Source: a virus | DNA: 64,000 bases | Virus record (IMG/VR): IMGVR_UViG_3300047325_000150 | Strand: one strand, 5' to 3' | Shown: positions 30,517 to 41,405 of the stretch, one piece after another | Numbering within the stretch: the stretch's first letter is position 1 | How the letters are laid out: each line of letters starts with the position of its first letter | Position numbers and translations under genes: made by a program | The notes under the pieces: model-generated | What the model saw: the letters and a program-made list of their open reading frames with translations, nothing else | Told to the model about the DNA's origin: nothing | Database searches by the model: none

Positions 30517-30863
30517 ATCCAATTGAATGGATAAAAACTATTGCTAACCCAGCAGTTGACAATAGTTGTAATACATTAGATACCAGTGAATATCAGCATA
30601 TAATGGATGCTTATAGAAAATGCGGTAAGCATCCAGTTGTCTGGAATCCAAAACATTCTCTGGGTTATTATCTGACATTAATCAAATTAACAAATTGGTG
30701 CAGAGAGCATTGTCATAACGCCTGGATGGATGTTCATCATAATGCAATAAAAGACGACAATAACGAATATATATTTAAAGAGCTTGGCGGATCCAGAATA
30801 TGTTTTTTTATATTTGATTCGGCTTGCGATGCAGCGATTTTTGCGTTGACCTGGTGTACTTAA
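30507..30863 (+). CDS. small Cys/Trp-rich protein, paralog C
   Basis: NWCREHCHNAW and a tail FALTWCT. Overlaps paralog B. Confidence 0.4.
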   Translation: MGINPIEWIKTIANPAVDNSCNTLDTSEYQHIMDAYRKCGKHPVVWNPKHSLGYYLTLIKLTNWCREHCHNAWMDVHHNAIKDDNNEYIFKELGGSRICFFIFDSACDAAIFALTWCT

Positions 30864-31021
30864 CTCGACGAGTGATGTAATTCATCTTGATCCGAACATG
30901 AAATCCAAAACGATTCTTTAGCTGTAATTGCCTTTTTAACTAGAATACCTGTAGATTCGTTTGACGCAATTACATTTGGTAGTTATAGTATGTTGTAATA
31001 TCAACAAACGAAAGAAATGTT

Positions 31022-31465
31022 ATGTCTCTAATAAATGAATTGCGTGAAAAGTCCATTACTGCTCGTAAAGGCTCTGATACTGTAGCCAAAAATTTATTGG
31101 TTACATTGTATGCCGAGTGCGTTCGAGTTGGCAAAGACAAACGCAATGGCGAGACGACCGACGACGAATGTCTTAGCGTCATCAAAAAATTTCTTGAAAA
31201 TGCTAAAGCAACAGCAGAGCTTCTTGAATACAAGGTTCCGGCGGCGTCAAGCTTTATCCACGAAGTTTCAATCCTTAGCGATTTGCTACCAAAGCAACTT
31301 ACAATCGACGAATTGGAACAGGCTATTAGTCAGATAATTGCTGATAAAGCATTATCAGATCTTAAAGGTCTTGGGCAAGTTATGGCTTCACTTAAGGCTA
31401 CATATGGCAGCACGTATGATGGTAAAGCTGCGAGCGAAATCACAAAAAGGTTATTGTCTCAATAG
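31022..31465 (+). CDS. YqeY/GatB-like domain protein
   Basis: Size and pattern match (LREKSITARKGSD..., LSVIKKFLENAKA, LPKQLTIDELEQAISQIIAD, LGQVMASLKATYGSTYDGKAASEITKRLL). Lies directly upstream of AspRS. Confidence 0.55.
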   Translation: MSLINELREKSITARKGSDTVAKNLLVTLYAECVRVGKDKRNGETTDDECLSVIKKFLENAKATAELLEYKVPAASSFIHEVSILSDLLPKQLTIDELEQAISQIIADKALSDLKGLGQVMASLKATYGSTYDGKAASEITKRLLSQ

Positions 31466-31971
31466 TGGATTTCTAACATGTCAGATGCTAACACAGATTG
31501 GCCAGAGGACGGAGAAAATCCGCATACTTTTCATGATTTATCGTATGATAACGGAAAAGTTAAAAAGATGTGGTATTGGACTGGTGCAGGTTGGTGTACA
31601 AAACCGAATAGTTTATATATTATCAAAACACCACAAATGAAGGCAATTGGCTGGATTTATCTTAGAATGATTGAGAAAATATAATGGCAAAAAAGACAAA
31701 AATTAAGAAAGACGCATACGGACTTTATGTTAAAGGCGGAGGCTATCTATGGCGTCCAATTCATCCAGAATACACCGTTGATACTCTATTCACCGACGGT
31801 ATGGAGGTTTCTGTAAACCATACTATGGCTGGTCCGGTGGCTAATATTAACTGTAATGGTATTAAAGAATCTTGGTATAGTCACGGCGCATATATTGAAT
31901 TTAGCAATGGTAAATCTGTTACTATTCAGACTGAAAAACTATTTAAACCTTCTTATGAAAACTGGTATTAA

Positions 31972-33786
31972 ATGTTTCGTACCCATAACTGTGGTGAGCT
32001 AAACCTTACTCACATAAACAAAGATGTGACAATTTCTGGATGGTTGCATTCGGTTCGAAACCACGGCGGCCTTATGTTTTTCGATATTCGAGATCATTAC
32101 GGAATTACGCAATGTGTTTTCAATGCTGAAATTAATGCAGAACTGTATGCCGCTGCCAAACCAACACGAATAGAAAGTGTGGTAAAGATTACCGGCAAGA
32201 CGGTGCGTCGTGTTGAAGGCACACATAACGACAAACTGTTGACTGGTGAAGTCGAAATCGTAGTTGATAAATTTGAAGTTTTGTCAGCAGCTGAAGTTCT
32301 TCCTATGCAAGTAAACAGCTTGGAAAACTATTCAGATGAGATGCGTTTAAAAAATCGCTTTCTTGATCTCCGTCGTGAGAAATTGCACAAGAACATTGTT
32401 CTTCGGTCGCAAGTCATTGAAACCATGCGAGAAAAAATGCGTTCGAAAGGTTTTGTAGAGTACCAAACTCCTATCCTGACTGCGTCATCTCCGGAAGGAG
32501 CTCGTGACTTTCTTGTTCCTGCTCGTAACCATCCGGGTAAATTTTATGCTCTACCACAAGCTCCTCAACAATTCAAGCAATTGCTAATGGTCGCCGGGTT
32601 TGACAAATACTTTCAGATTGCGCCGTGCTTCCGTGACGAAGCTGCGCGGTCAGATCGTTCACCGGGCGAATTCTATCAAATGGACTTTGAAATGAGCTTC
32701 GTTACGCAAGAGGATGTGTTCAATACACTTGAACCAGTCCTTTATGAAGTATTCACTCAATGCCAAATTGGCGCCCCAAAAAAATCCATAACTCATCTAC
32801 CTTTTCCGCGTATTACTTACGCAGATGCAATGCTGCATTATGGTTGTGATAAACCTGACCTTCGTAACCCATTGAAAATTTGGGATGTAACAGAACGCTT
32901 TAAAGATTCTGGGTTTGTGGTATTCGAGGAAATTATTGCAGGCGGCGGCGTAATTCGCGCAATACCATGTAAAGGATTAGGGGGCTATTCAAACGCCTTC
33001 TTCAAAAAATTAAATGATTGGGCCTTAAGTGAAGGAATGAATGGGCTCGGATATGTAAAATATATTCAAAGTGTTTGCAACGATGATAATCCGCCTTGCC
33101 AGATGAATTTCGTTGGACCAATTGCTAAAAATATATCACATGAGCGCAATCTGTTAATTATGCAAGATTATGGTTTGGAATCAAATGACGGTGTTTTCTT
33201 TATTGCTGGCAAATTAAATGAAGCAAACAAATTTGCTTCATTGGTTCGTACCAAACTTGGCGAAGAACTTGGATTGATTAATAAAGACTCATTTGAGTTC
33301 TGTTGGGTTGTTGATTTTCCAATGTTTGAAATTGATGAAGAAAGCGGCAAACTTGGTTTTGCTCACAATCCATTTTCGATGCCGCAGGGTGAAATGACTG
33401 CACTTGAAACGCAAGACCCTCTTACGATCAAAGCCTTTCAATACGATATCGTCTGCAACGGCATTGAACTATCATCAGGTGCAATCCGTAACCATAAGCC
33501 AGAAATTATGTTGAAGGCTTTTGAAATTGCCGGATATTCTGCAGAAGAGGTTGAGTCTCGATTTAGTGGCATGCTATCAGCTTTCCGCTATGGTGCACCT
33601 CCGCACGGCGGTGCGGCGCCGGGCGTTGACCGTATTGTTATGATGCTTGCAGATGAACCAAACATTCGAGAAGTAATAGCCTTTCCTCTCAACCAACAAG
33701 GTGAAGATTTAATGATGGGTGCTCCGTCAATTGTTCCCCCAGAAAGGTTGAAAGAATTATCACTTGATGTGAAAATAAAGAAATAA
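31972..33786 (+). CDS. aspS: aspartyl-tRNA synthetase, bacterial type (class IIb with GAD insertion)
   Basis: N-terminal OB fold ([28 protein letters not shown]). Motif 2 [28 protein letters not shown]. Motif 3 [19 protein letters not shown]. Length 604 aa. Confidence 0.9.
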   Translation: MFRTHNCGELNLTHINKDVTISGWLHSVRNHGGLMFFDIRDHYGITQCVFNAEINAELYAAAKPTRIESVVKITGKTVRRVEGTHNDKLLTGEVEIVVDKFEVLSAAEVLPMQVNSLENYSDEMRLKNRFLDLRREKLHKNIVLRSQVIETMREKMRSKGFVEYQTPILTASSPEGARDFLVPARNHPGKFYALPQAPQQFKQLLMVAGFDKYFQIAPCFRDEAARSDRSPGEFYQMDFEMSFVTQEDVFNTLEPVLYEVFTQCQIGAPKKSITHLPFPRITYADAMLHYGCDKPDLRNPLKIWDVTERFKDSGFVVFEEIIAGGGVIRAIPCKGLGGYSNAFFKKLNDWALSEGMNGLGYVKYIQSVCNDDNPPCQMNFVGPIAKNISHERNLLIMQDYGLESNDGVFFIAGKLNEANKFASLVRTKLGEELGLINKDSFEFCWVVDFPMFEIDEESGKLGFAHNPFSMPQGEMTALETQDPLTIKAFQYDIVCNGIELSSGAIRNHKPEIMLKAFEIAGYSAEEVESRFSGMLSAFRYGAPPHGGAAPGVDRIVMMLADEPNIREVIAFPLNQQGEDLMMGAPSIVPPERLKELSLDVKIKK

Positions 33787-33790
33787 AATT

Positions 33791-34618
33791 ATGTTCATAA
33801 TAGACCAACTGCATAATGAAAATCTTATTTCTCCTCCAAAGTGGTTGGCCAAAAATACTGTATATCTTACAATAACCGGATCACATTCCTACGGAGTTTC
33901 GACTGATAAAAGTGATTTAGATTTTTATGGTATCTGTGTACCACCAAAAGAAATTATATTTCCGCACTTAAATGGTATTGTACCGGGTTTTGGTACACAA
34001 GGAGAAAAATTTGAAAGTTGGTGCGAACAACATATTAAGCATGAGAATTTAGAATATGATTTCACAGTATTCAACATAGTAAAAGCCTTTCAATTAATAA
34101 TGGACGGTAATCCAAATCAGATTGAACAATTATTCTCTTCAGATGGAGATGTAATTCGATCAACTCCTGTGGGAAATCTTATTAGAGAAAATCGAAAACT
34201 TTTTTTAAGTAAAAATTGTTTCTATAAATTTATTGGCTTTGCAAGCGGACAAATAAAACGCCTTAGATCTGGATCTAAAAGTGTTAATCCAAAAATAATT
34301 GATCTAATTAATAGATTTGGATACAATATTAAAGAGGCCTATCACATTCCTAGATTACTTAATCAAGTTGAACAGATACTACTTGATGGCGATTTAGATC
34401 TTTGTAAAAATAACGAAATGCTTATTTCTGTTCGTAACGGAGAATGGACGTTAGATCAAATCGAAAAATATTATAACCATAAAGTTAACGTCTTACAATC
34501 ACTATTATCTGATGCAGTTGTTCCAGATAAACCAAATGAGAAATCACTCAGAGAATTGCTGATCAATTGTTTAGAACTTCATTATGGTAACTTAGGTTTG
34601 TTTAAAACGGTTAAGTAA
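33791..34618 (+). CDS. Pol-beta superfamily nucleotidyltransferase
   Basis: Classic hG[GS]x(9-13)DhD signature GSHSYGVSTDKSDLDFYG. Confidence 0.5.
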   Translation: MFIIDQLHNENLISPPKWLAKNTVYLTITGSHSYGVSTDKSDLDFYGICVPPKEIIFPHLNGIVPGFGTQGEKFESWCEQHIKHENLEYDFTVFNIVKAFQLIMDGNPNQIEQLFSSDGDVIRSTPVGNLIRENRKLFLSKNCFYKFIGFASGQIKRLRSGSKSVNPKIIDLINRFGYNIKEAYHIPRLLNQVEQILLDGDLDLCKNNEMLISVRNGEWTLDQIEKYYNHKVNVLQSLLSDAVVPDKPNEKSLRELLINCLELHYGNLGLFKTVK

Positions 34619-34902
34619 AATGTCAGAAAAGAAATATTGAAAAATACCAATGTATTCATACAATATTATGATGAATACATTATTAGAATCTGCATTAGAA
34701 AAAATAGTAGTAATTACATACCTAAAGAAGGACGGTACAACTCGTTTACTTCGTTGCACTAGAAACAATTCCTTCTTTAATTATGAATTCAAAAAAACTT
34801 CAAACTCTCAACCAAAATCAACTCATATAAATGTTTGGGATTTAGAGAAGTCTGCTTGGAGAACACTTGCTTATGAAAACATCAAAGCGTGGAATGAAGA
34901 AA

Positions 34903-35529
34903 TTAAATAAATTCTTTCTTTAGTAACTCAACAGTTGAGTTACTAACTACTACTTCAAAATGACTAAGGTTTAATTCTAGCAAGTTCATATCTTGCCTAT
35001 GTTTTTGACTTGCAACAGTTACAACACCGTCATTTGGCTCATGCATCCAGGTATTATGCCCTTTAACTGTTACAACATTTGTCCAAGGACAATGTATTGC
35101 AATTCTATTGGCCGACATAATGGGAGGCGATGTAGGAGTTATATCTCTTAGAACTTGTTTGAAAGGTAAGAATAATTTAAGCATGGATGCATGACTGCTT
35201 CCTCCGTACGGAGTACTTAATGTAATTCCTTGAATAGTTCTTTTTGGAAATATATCCATCAAATGAATGGCATATATGCCACCCAGACTATGTGCTATAA
35301 AACGCAGTTTTCCTGTTGTTTTTTCTAATTTATCTTTCATATCTTGAAGATTATTAAAAAATCCATTATCACTATTATAGTCAATTAATATATCATTTCC
35401 TCCAATCATATGTCGAATGTAAGTAAATGATTCAGATGTTGCATTGTTGCCGTGAATATAAACAATAGTCATAGAGTAGTGTCCTAATTGACTACTCTTA
35501 TTTACTCCTTTAGGTAATCTTTGAGCCAA
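34903..35529 (-). CDS. alpha/beta hydrolase (lipase/esterase-like)
   Basis: GxSxG nucleophile elbow IAHSLGG. N-terminal VYIHGNN strand. Confidence 0.6.
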   Translation of the reverse strand: MAQRLPKGVNKSSQLGHYSMTIVYIHGNNATSESFTYIRHMIGGNDILIDYNSDNGFFNNLQDMKDKLEKTTGKLRFIAHSLGGIYAIHLMDIFPKRTIQGITLSTPYGGSSHASMLKLFLPFKQVLRDITPTSPPIMSANRIAIHCPWTNVVTVKGHNTWMHEPNDGVVTVASQKHRQDMNLLELNLSHFEVVVSNSTVELLKKEFI

Positions 35530-35621
35530 TCGAATATGGCACTATTATTGTATCGTCCATTGCATTATTATTAAAAGCTAGCAATTGTTGATTTAAGTCA
35601 ACCGTAATATCGTAATTTTGG

Positions 35622-35649
35622 TTGACACAACAGCTATCTATGCTAGTAT
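35622..35649 (+). promoter_or_regulatory. sigma-70-type promoter (TTGGTTGACA-16-TAGTAT)
   Basis: -35 at 35622-35627 and -10 at 35644-35649. Precedes the gene at 35695. Confidence 0.5.
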
Positions 35650-35694
35650 GAAATTATAAATTTTTTGTAAAATTCAATTTTGGACGAGTGAATA

Positions 35695-36093
35695 ATGAAC
35701 CAGCGGGATATTACCCAATTTAAACAATTTGTTAATTTTAACGAAATTCTGTCATCTATTCAACCCGGTCAAATTTATTGGGTAGCTTCATCTATTTTCA
35801 ATCTGCCTGCAGACTTATCCGGACCATTTACGATGTACTCGTCCGGTTACGATAATGGTTCGTACTATATTTCATGCAGCGAAGATAATAATGTATTTTC
35901 AAGACATTATATTACGGATATTTGCAGGAATAATTTTGACGCAATTTTTACTTCTCAAGATATGGCTATTGAATTTGTAAATATTTCAAAACGTATTTAC
36001 GAATCTAGTACTGAGTGGCAAGAACTTGCAAGGGCAGAACAAGATGCATTTTGCGCAAATTTAGATTCTGATTGGACAGAGCTTGATGATTAA
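35695..36093 (+). CDS. hypothetical protein
   Basis: ORF downstream of a promoter. Confidence 0.4.
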   Translation: MNQRDITQFKQFVNFNEILSSIQPGQIYWVASSIFNLPADLSGPFTMYSSGYDNGSYYISCSEDNNVFSRHYITDICRNNFDAIFTSQDMAIEFVNISKRIYESSTEWQELARAEQDAFCANLDSDWTELDD

Positions 36094-36418
36094 ACATATT
36101 AAACATATCAAAATATTTAATAATTGGGTTACCAATAAATTTATAGTCGAAGATACTAATCAGCCAGATCGAATTACTGTTAAAGAACTTATACAAATTT
36201 TTAACGGGAAACTACCTGAACAAGCATTTGAATTTTTAATTTCGCCTACAGACGGTAAAACCGTTACAGAAATAAGAAACATTTTGTGCTCAATTGCCAA
36301 TGGCACATATATTGCACCGATTCGCCCAGAAGCTATAATACTTCAATTTACAGAACTACCTGTGCAAGTTGTTTCCCAAGAAAATGTTAAAAAGAAAAGA
36401 GTTCGAAAAAAAGCGTAA
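36083..36418 (+). CDS. hypothetical protein
   Basis: Overlapping start with the upstream ORF. Confidence 0.35.
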   Translation: MMIKHIKHIKIFNNWVTNKFIVEDTNQPDRITVKELIQIFNGKLPEQAFEFLISPTDGKTVTEIRNILCSIANGTYIAPIRPEAIILQFTELPVQVVSQENVKKKRVRKKA

Positions 36419-36454
36419 GTTGTAAATTAGATTTGTTGATTATATATTTAAACT

Positions 36455-37090
36455 ATGCAAATAAATTTTAAAGAACTTAGAGCAAGCGAAATTGCTGCAT
36501 CAAATGATGTAAAAAACGTCCATAACGAATTACAGCATTTATCTGTTCCGGAATTACAAAATATTAGTCTGGCAGACCGTATGCCATGGCATGTATGTTG
36601 TTTAAATCTGTCGGGCGATTTAAACGTTGGTACAGTAATTCGTTCAGCGCACCTTTTGGGTGCTAAAAGCGTAATTATATTTGGACGAACTCGGATTGAT
36701 AATCGCAGTCTGGTTGGGGCCGCAAATTATATTACGGTACATCGAATCGCAGGATTGGATGAGAACCTATCGTATGATGTAGATATTTTCAAAAAAACTA
36801 TACAAGATTATAATCTTGTTCCCATCATATGTGAGTCGGGCGGAGAGAATTTATTCGAATTACCCTGGAAAAATCGAATAAATTCAATACTTAATTCTGA
36901 GAAAGAACCTTGCTTAGTACTTGGTAACGAGTCTAATGGAATACCTTTCGATATTATAGAATATGTAAAAAATGTAGAGAACAGTTTTACGGTTACTATA
37001 CCAATGAAGGGTGTGATTCGTAGTTTTAACGTCGCCTCGGCCTTCTCTATAATTGCAAGTCAATTACTTAGCAAAATGTGCTGGTTCTAA
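36455..37090 (+). CDS. SpoU/TrmH-family (SPOUT) RNA 2'-O-methyltransferase
   Basis: NVGTVIRSAHLLGAKSVIIFG, LVLGNESNGIP and IPMKGVIRSFNVASAFSII motifs. Confidence 0.8.
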   Translation: MQINFKELRASEIAASNDVKNVHNELQHLSVPELQNISLADRMPWHVCCLNLSGDLNVGTVIRSAHLLGAKSVIIFGRTRIDNRSLVGAANYITVHRIAGLDENLSYDVDIFKKTIQDYNLVPIICESGGENLFELPWKNRINSILNSEKEPCLVLGNESNGIPFDIIEYVKNVENSFTVTIPMKGVIRSFNVASAFSIIASQLLSKMCWF

Positions 37091-37293
37091 TGGATATAAT
37101 ATCTGCCATAGATGTAAGACATAGCGATACAAAAATAGATTACATACTCAATTCCCTAGAGAATGAATATCCCGGCTGTATAAAATGGTTCCATGATCAT
37201 GTAGGTGATGTGATATTCGATCTCGTCCTTGATGAGGATCATAATTGTACTGTGAATATCGTTATGACCCCAGAGCGAAAGATCGAATTTAAT

Positions 37294-37716
37294 TTAAAGT
37301 TCGGTTAAAGTTGTCGTGTCATAATGTATTATTGTGAATTGTACATGTAAGATGGCCGCTGCAACATCAAGATTAAACCATTCTCCGTGCGATCGCAAAT
37401 GACTAATATCTTTATGCAGTAGTCCTTCAAATTTTCTTGCTTTCTTTCGTTCATCTAATACTTCAAGATATTTGATTTCCAATTTTTCCGGAAAACCTGT
37501 TTGTAATGATTTAAGTCTATTTTCTGGATTATCAGAAATTCCTATCTTAACTGGACCAAGATTATGTTTAGCAGATGAAATAATATAGATGTTTGACATA
37601 AAATATTTATTGCCAAAATCATTATTGTTTATAAATTTGATATAGATTATATTTACAATGTGCGAGGAGAAATAGCACGAATGGCTGTCGACAGCTCGAA
37701 GGACAATAAGGGACAA
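37294..37716 (-). CDS. T5orf172 (GIY-YIG-like) domain protein
   Basis: VKIGISDNPENRLKSLQTGFPEKLEI ... GEWFNL pattern of the T5orf172/MUG113 domain. Confidence 0.55.
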   Translation of the reverse strand: MSLIVLRAVDSHSCYFSSHIVNIIYIKFINNNDFGNKYFMSNIYIISSAKHNLGPVKIGISDNPENRLKSLQTGFPEKLEIKYLEVLDERKKARKFEGLLHKDISHLRSHGEWFNLDVAAAILHVQFTIIHYDTTTLTEL

Positions 37717-38148
37717 TATGTATCACCTTATGACGCAACCGAAAGAAATTTAATTTCGAAAAATGAAGAACCATCCGGACACGGACTGCGGTTCAGACAC
37801 AATTAGCATGTCGGTGATTGCTAATTGTTGTTACAGTTGTTGGGTAGGACCCAGATCAACGCACATATTTCTTATATGGCATCATGTAATAATGATTTTC
37901 TTATATAAGATATCTGGAATCGGACAACCGCCAGAGAACACATGAACAATATGATTACCGAGCTATACGGCCCATAAAAATATGATCTCCCTGTAACGGG
38001 GATCATATGGCTACCACACCATACCAAAAAGAAAAAGAATTCATACGTTCATTAAAGATTAAATAATTAATGAACGTATGAGTTTGAGATTTATCGAAAA
38101 ACGAATAGTGAATTAGGTGTTTACACCTTTCATCATTAAGTCACATTT

Positions 38149-38364
38149 TCAAACAATTCGTAATTTGTTTAGTTCTTCTAAAGTTAGAGGTTCATGTGCC
38201 CAATCTTGGGTGTAATTACAATTATCACATATCCACCCATTTGTAGTTGCAATTAAATCACTTCTACAATGATCATTGCCGCAAGTATATGGATGAAAAA
38301 CACCTGCTACTTGATATGCGTTAAGTCTAACAATAATGTCATCAGACCAAGGAGCTTTAATCAT
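38149..38364 (-). CDS. small zinc-ribbon protein
   Basis: CGNDHC ... CDNC Cys pairs. Confidence 0.4.
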   Translation of the reverse strand: MIKAPWSDDIIVRLNAYQVAGVFHPYTCGNDHCRSDLIATTNGWICDNCNYTQDWAHEPLTLEELNKLRIV

Positions 38365-38567
38365 TAATCAAACACCCGACCATCATTACATAGAATTGCA
38401 ACACCTTTCCCACTAGACTCGGTTGCAATTTGTTTTACAACGCATCCAGATGGTAGATTGACTTCTGCCCAATCCCCAATACTATGGTTAATATAACCTC
38501 CCATACCGTATTTTCCACAACTAGATAGTAGAAGCAAGCTTGTAAACAAAACGATTTTAAATTTCAT
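38364..38567 (-). CDS. small lipoprotein
   Basis: Signal peptide with lipobox LLSSCG. Confidence 0.4.
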   Translation of the reverse strand: MKFKIVLFTSLLLLSSCGKYGMGGYINHSIGDWAEVNLPSGCVVKQIATESSGKGVAILCNDGRVFD

Positions 38568-38633
38568 TTAAATCTCCAATTTGAAATTACTAGCAATTAA
38601 ATAGATATTTGGCCAAGTTATTTTTTGGTAAAT

Positions 38634-39131
38634 TTAAAATCTACTGTAAACACCCATCTCCTTAGCAACGTCACCTGGTTTGTAGACAGGTGAAAAATCT
38701 TCTTCAGTTTTTTCAATATAAATTTCTACTGTTTGATCGTGTAACATGTAAAATTTACGAGGATCAATAAGAAAAATCTTACGCCCGTCGTTTGGGAGAA
38801 TTGAAATACTGCAATCTTTCATTCCAATCGGAATGCTTTCAAGAATAAATTCACCAACGCCGATTTCAATTAAATCACCTACGTTTGGCCTGGTAGGAAA
38901 AATCTTAAGGGCTAAATCGCCGATATGACCACTGTTACGCGACGCAATAACCTTGGCAATAAGCTTTACCTTTTTGCCGATATATTCTCGAGCAACGTTA
39001 AGCGATATATAGTTTTGACACGTTACATTACACTCGTAATTATTAGCTGACAGGCAGAACGACCCATATCGATTACTCCGGCGTTCAAAAGTTTCCCAAG
39101 AAAAAATACCCATACCTAAAAGCTTTAGCAT
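38634..39131 (-). CDS. hypothetical protein
   Basis: ORF only. Confidence 0.4.
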   Translation of the reverse strand: MLKLLGMGIFSWETFERRSNRYGSFCLSANNYECNVTCQNYISLNVAREYIGKKVKLIAKVIASRNSGHIGDLALKIFPTRPNVGDLIEIGVGEFILESIPIGMKDCSISILPNDGRKIFLIDPRKFYMLHDQTVEIYIEKTEEDFSPVYKPGDVAKEMGVYSRF

Positions 39132-39143
39132 TTTTAGATTCCT

Positions 39144-39662
39144 TTAAAATGATTCTACCAGTTGTTGAATTTCGTTGGACATCAGTTGTTTAATACCTGG
39201 ATCAATCTGTAAGATATATTTGATATTTCGTCCGTGGCCTGTATCAAATACTGACGTATTATTTTTTGATGTTTGTTTCTTATAATCAGTCTTAGACACT
39301 TCAACTCCGAGATACGAATAGTCTTTAATATCCCAATCTTTCATAATCGGTGCCAATGTAACTTCAATCACCTGATCATTTGCATCTACACACCATGCAT
39401 GATGAAACGGAAATTCTATTTTGCTTGACATGCAATAGCCTTCGAAATACCTTAGCTTAGCTGTTTTCATAAAAAATGCAGCATTAGCAAAACAGTATTT
39501 TGGATATCCTACATATTTTGAATTTATAATTGCATTAGAGAACGTTTTACCATTTCGTACACAGAAATATTCAAAAATCCAAGCTCCTACCATTCTCTGA
39601 TCGAGGTTATAAAATCCATCAGCCATTGAATGCACTGTCGTTCTAATTTGGGAGTCGTTCAT
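39144..39662 (-). CDS. hypothetical protein
   Basis: ORF only. Confidence 0.4.
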   Translation of the reverse strand: MNDSQIRTTVHSMADGFYNLDQRMVGAWIFEYFCVRNGKTFSNAIINSKYVGYPKYCFANAAFFMKTAKLRYFEGYCMSSKIEFPFHHAWCVDANDQVIEVTLAPIMKDWDIKDYSYLGVEVSKTDYKKQTSKNNTSVFDTGHGRNIKYILQIDPGIKQLMSNEIQQLVESF

Positions 39663-39913
39663 TTATAAACCCTACCTGAAGAAAAGCAATACCTTTGTGT
39701 ATAGTAGCTGACATAACCTCATTTCGTATTACAAACGAAATAATTATTTTATTATCAAACAAACAATCTTCTTCCTTAAAAAGTTTGATTTCTTTTCGGT
39801 CTATAAGAATGTTTGTGCCGCCAAGTTCTGCAATAATTTTTGTAAACTGTTTGACATATTTAAAGTATTCTGACTTTGTCAATGACTTTGTCATGTCCCC
39901 AACTTTTCAAACA

Positions 39914-40873
39914 TTATGCCATCTCTACTTCGCGTTCCATAACGTCTTCATCACTGTCTTCTTCATCTTCGTTGAACGTAACCAGGTAGTCTAATGCCTG
40001 CGAAGCTTTAGATGCTGCTGACATAATAGCACGACTATCACGTTTCATAACAGTTAGCCAATGTGAAATATAGGGTGCATGGTCCTCACGAATCTCGGGG
40101 ATCAACCCAACCTCGGCCATTAAAAATGCTGCGCCAAGTTCAGCAACAAGCTCTTCCATTGCATATGCTTCGGAACCCCAACGGTCCTGATTAAAATTTC
40201 GATTTAAGCGGGACTCATGACCAGTCCAATGAATGGTTTCATGACCGCGAGTAGAAAGGTATTTTTGCTCAGTAACAAATGAATCACGCTCAGGCAAATG
40301 CACGCAATCATTCTTAGTTGAGTAATATGCTTTGTTGCCGCCATGCTTAACAGACGCTGGAATAGCTTCAAACCATGCAAAACAGTTATTATATGCTGTC
40401 CAATTTTTTGTAACTTCGGATATAATAGTTACTTTTGGCAGTGCAAATTTCTCAGGAAGGCCGTCAATTTGTTCAACATTGAACACATTATAGGTTTTCA
40501 AAAAACTGAACTTGTGTTCGACATCTTGGCCGTTTGCATCTTGTTCGGTTTTTTTGACTAAATTAGTGTAAACGATCTGCGTAGCCTTCTCACCTTTGCG
40601 AACATTTGCACCGTACGAAGTAGCCTGCTTATAAGTCATCCAAAATGGTGACTCATATCCGCAAGCCTTAGCTTTTGACCAAAGAATAAGCACGTTGATA
40701 CCTTTATAGCGTGCTCCGTTGTGGCGCCGTGGGACAGACAGCCCGCTTTTACCAAGCCACGGTTTCGTCCATGGCAATACGCCATTTTCGAGTTCAGCAA
40801 TGATAGAATTTGTAATTTGCTCACAAACGTCACTTGTTTTCATTATCAAAATCCTATTTTTTGATAGTTGCAA
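39914..40873 (-). CDS. ArdC-like antirestriction protein (N-terminal ssDNA-binding domain plus zincin-like metallopeptidase)
   Basis: DUF1738-like N-terminus (ELENGVLPWTKPW, GINVLILW). HExxH-type HETIHWTGHE in the C-terminal half. Confidence 0.65.
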   Translation of the reverse strand: MQLSKNRILIMKTSDVCEQITNSIIAELENGVLPWTKPWLGKSGLSVPRRHNGARYKGINVLILWSKAKACGYESPFWMTYKQATSYGANVRKGEKATQIVYTNLVKKTEQDANGQDVEHKFSFLKTYNVFNVEQIDGLPEKFALPKVTIISEVTKNWTAYNNCFAWFEAIPASVKHGGNKAYYSTKNDCVHLPERDSFVTEQKYLSTRGHETIHWTGHESRLNRNFNQDRWGSEAYAMEELVAELGAAFLMAEVGLIPEIREDHAPYISHWLTVMKRDSRAIMSAASKASQALDYLVTFNEDEEDSDEDVMEREVEMA

Positions 40874-41240
40874 GCTTAGCAGTTTCTACCGAAACGCCAA
40901 AGATTTTTCCATTCTGATCTCGCACTTTTACTGCAAACTTAGGTTTGCGCGGATCAAAACCAATCAGTTCAAATGTCTTTGTCCGCATTTTAAAAGTGGC
41001 TTTATAATGCTCGGGAGTAAACCCGAACAAAGTAGACATTCTCTCAAACATCTCTCGCTCTGCATTAGCAGTATCGCCGGCATTTTTAGGCAAAGTAAAC
41101 GTAAATTTGATGGTAACTTCGGTATCGGAAAAACGACCTGAGCCGCGTGTTACAATTGCCCTACCATCAAATTTTGCTTTAAGAGCAGATTCTGCATCCT
41201 TAGCAATAACAGAAACACGTTCTTTTGTCATAGTGCTCAT
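40854..41240 (-). CDS. hypothetical protein
   Basis: ORF overlapping the ardC-like start. Followed upstream by divergent promoters. Confidence 0.4.
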   Translation of the reverse strand: MSTMTKERVSVIAKDAESALKAKFDGRAIVTRGSGRFSDTEVTIKFTFTLPKNAGDTANAEREMFERMSTLFGFTPEHYKATFKMRTKTFELIGFDPRKPKFAVKVRDQNGKIFGVSVETAKLATIKK

Positions 41241-41359
41241 TTATAAGCCCTTAATGTGAGTGTGTTACGTCCGTTAATGTAGCATCATAATATATATAGT
41301 CAACCAAAATTTGTCCAAAAATATATATCAAAATTGGATAAAATGTCTGGTAATTTTGG

Positions 41360-41387
41360 TTGACAGTGATATTTTTGGTGTTATATT
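41360..41387 (+). promoter_or_regulatory. sigma-70-type promoter (TTGGTTGACA-16-TATATT)
   Basis: -35 at 41360-41365 and -10 at 41382-41387. Confidence 0.5.
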
Positions 41388-41405
41388 AGCGGAGTAATAA
41401 CGCAA

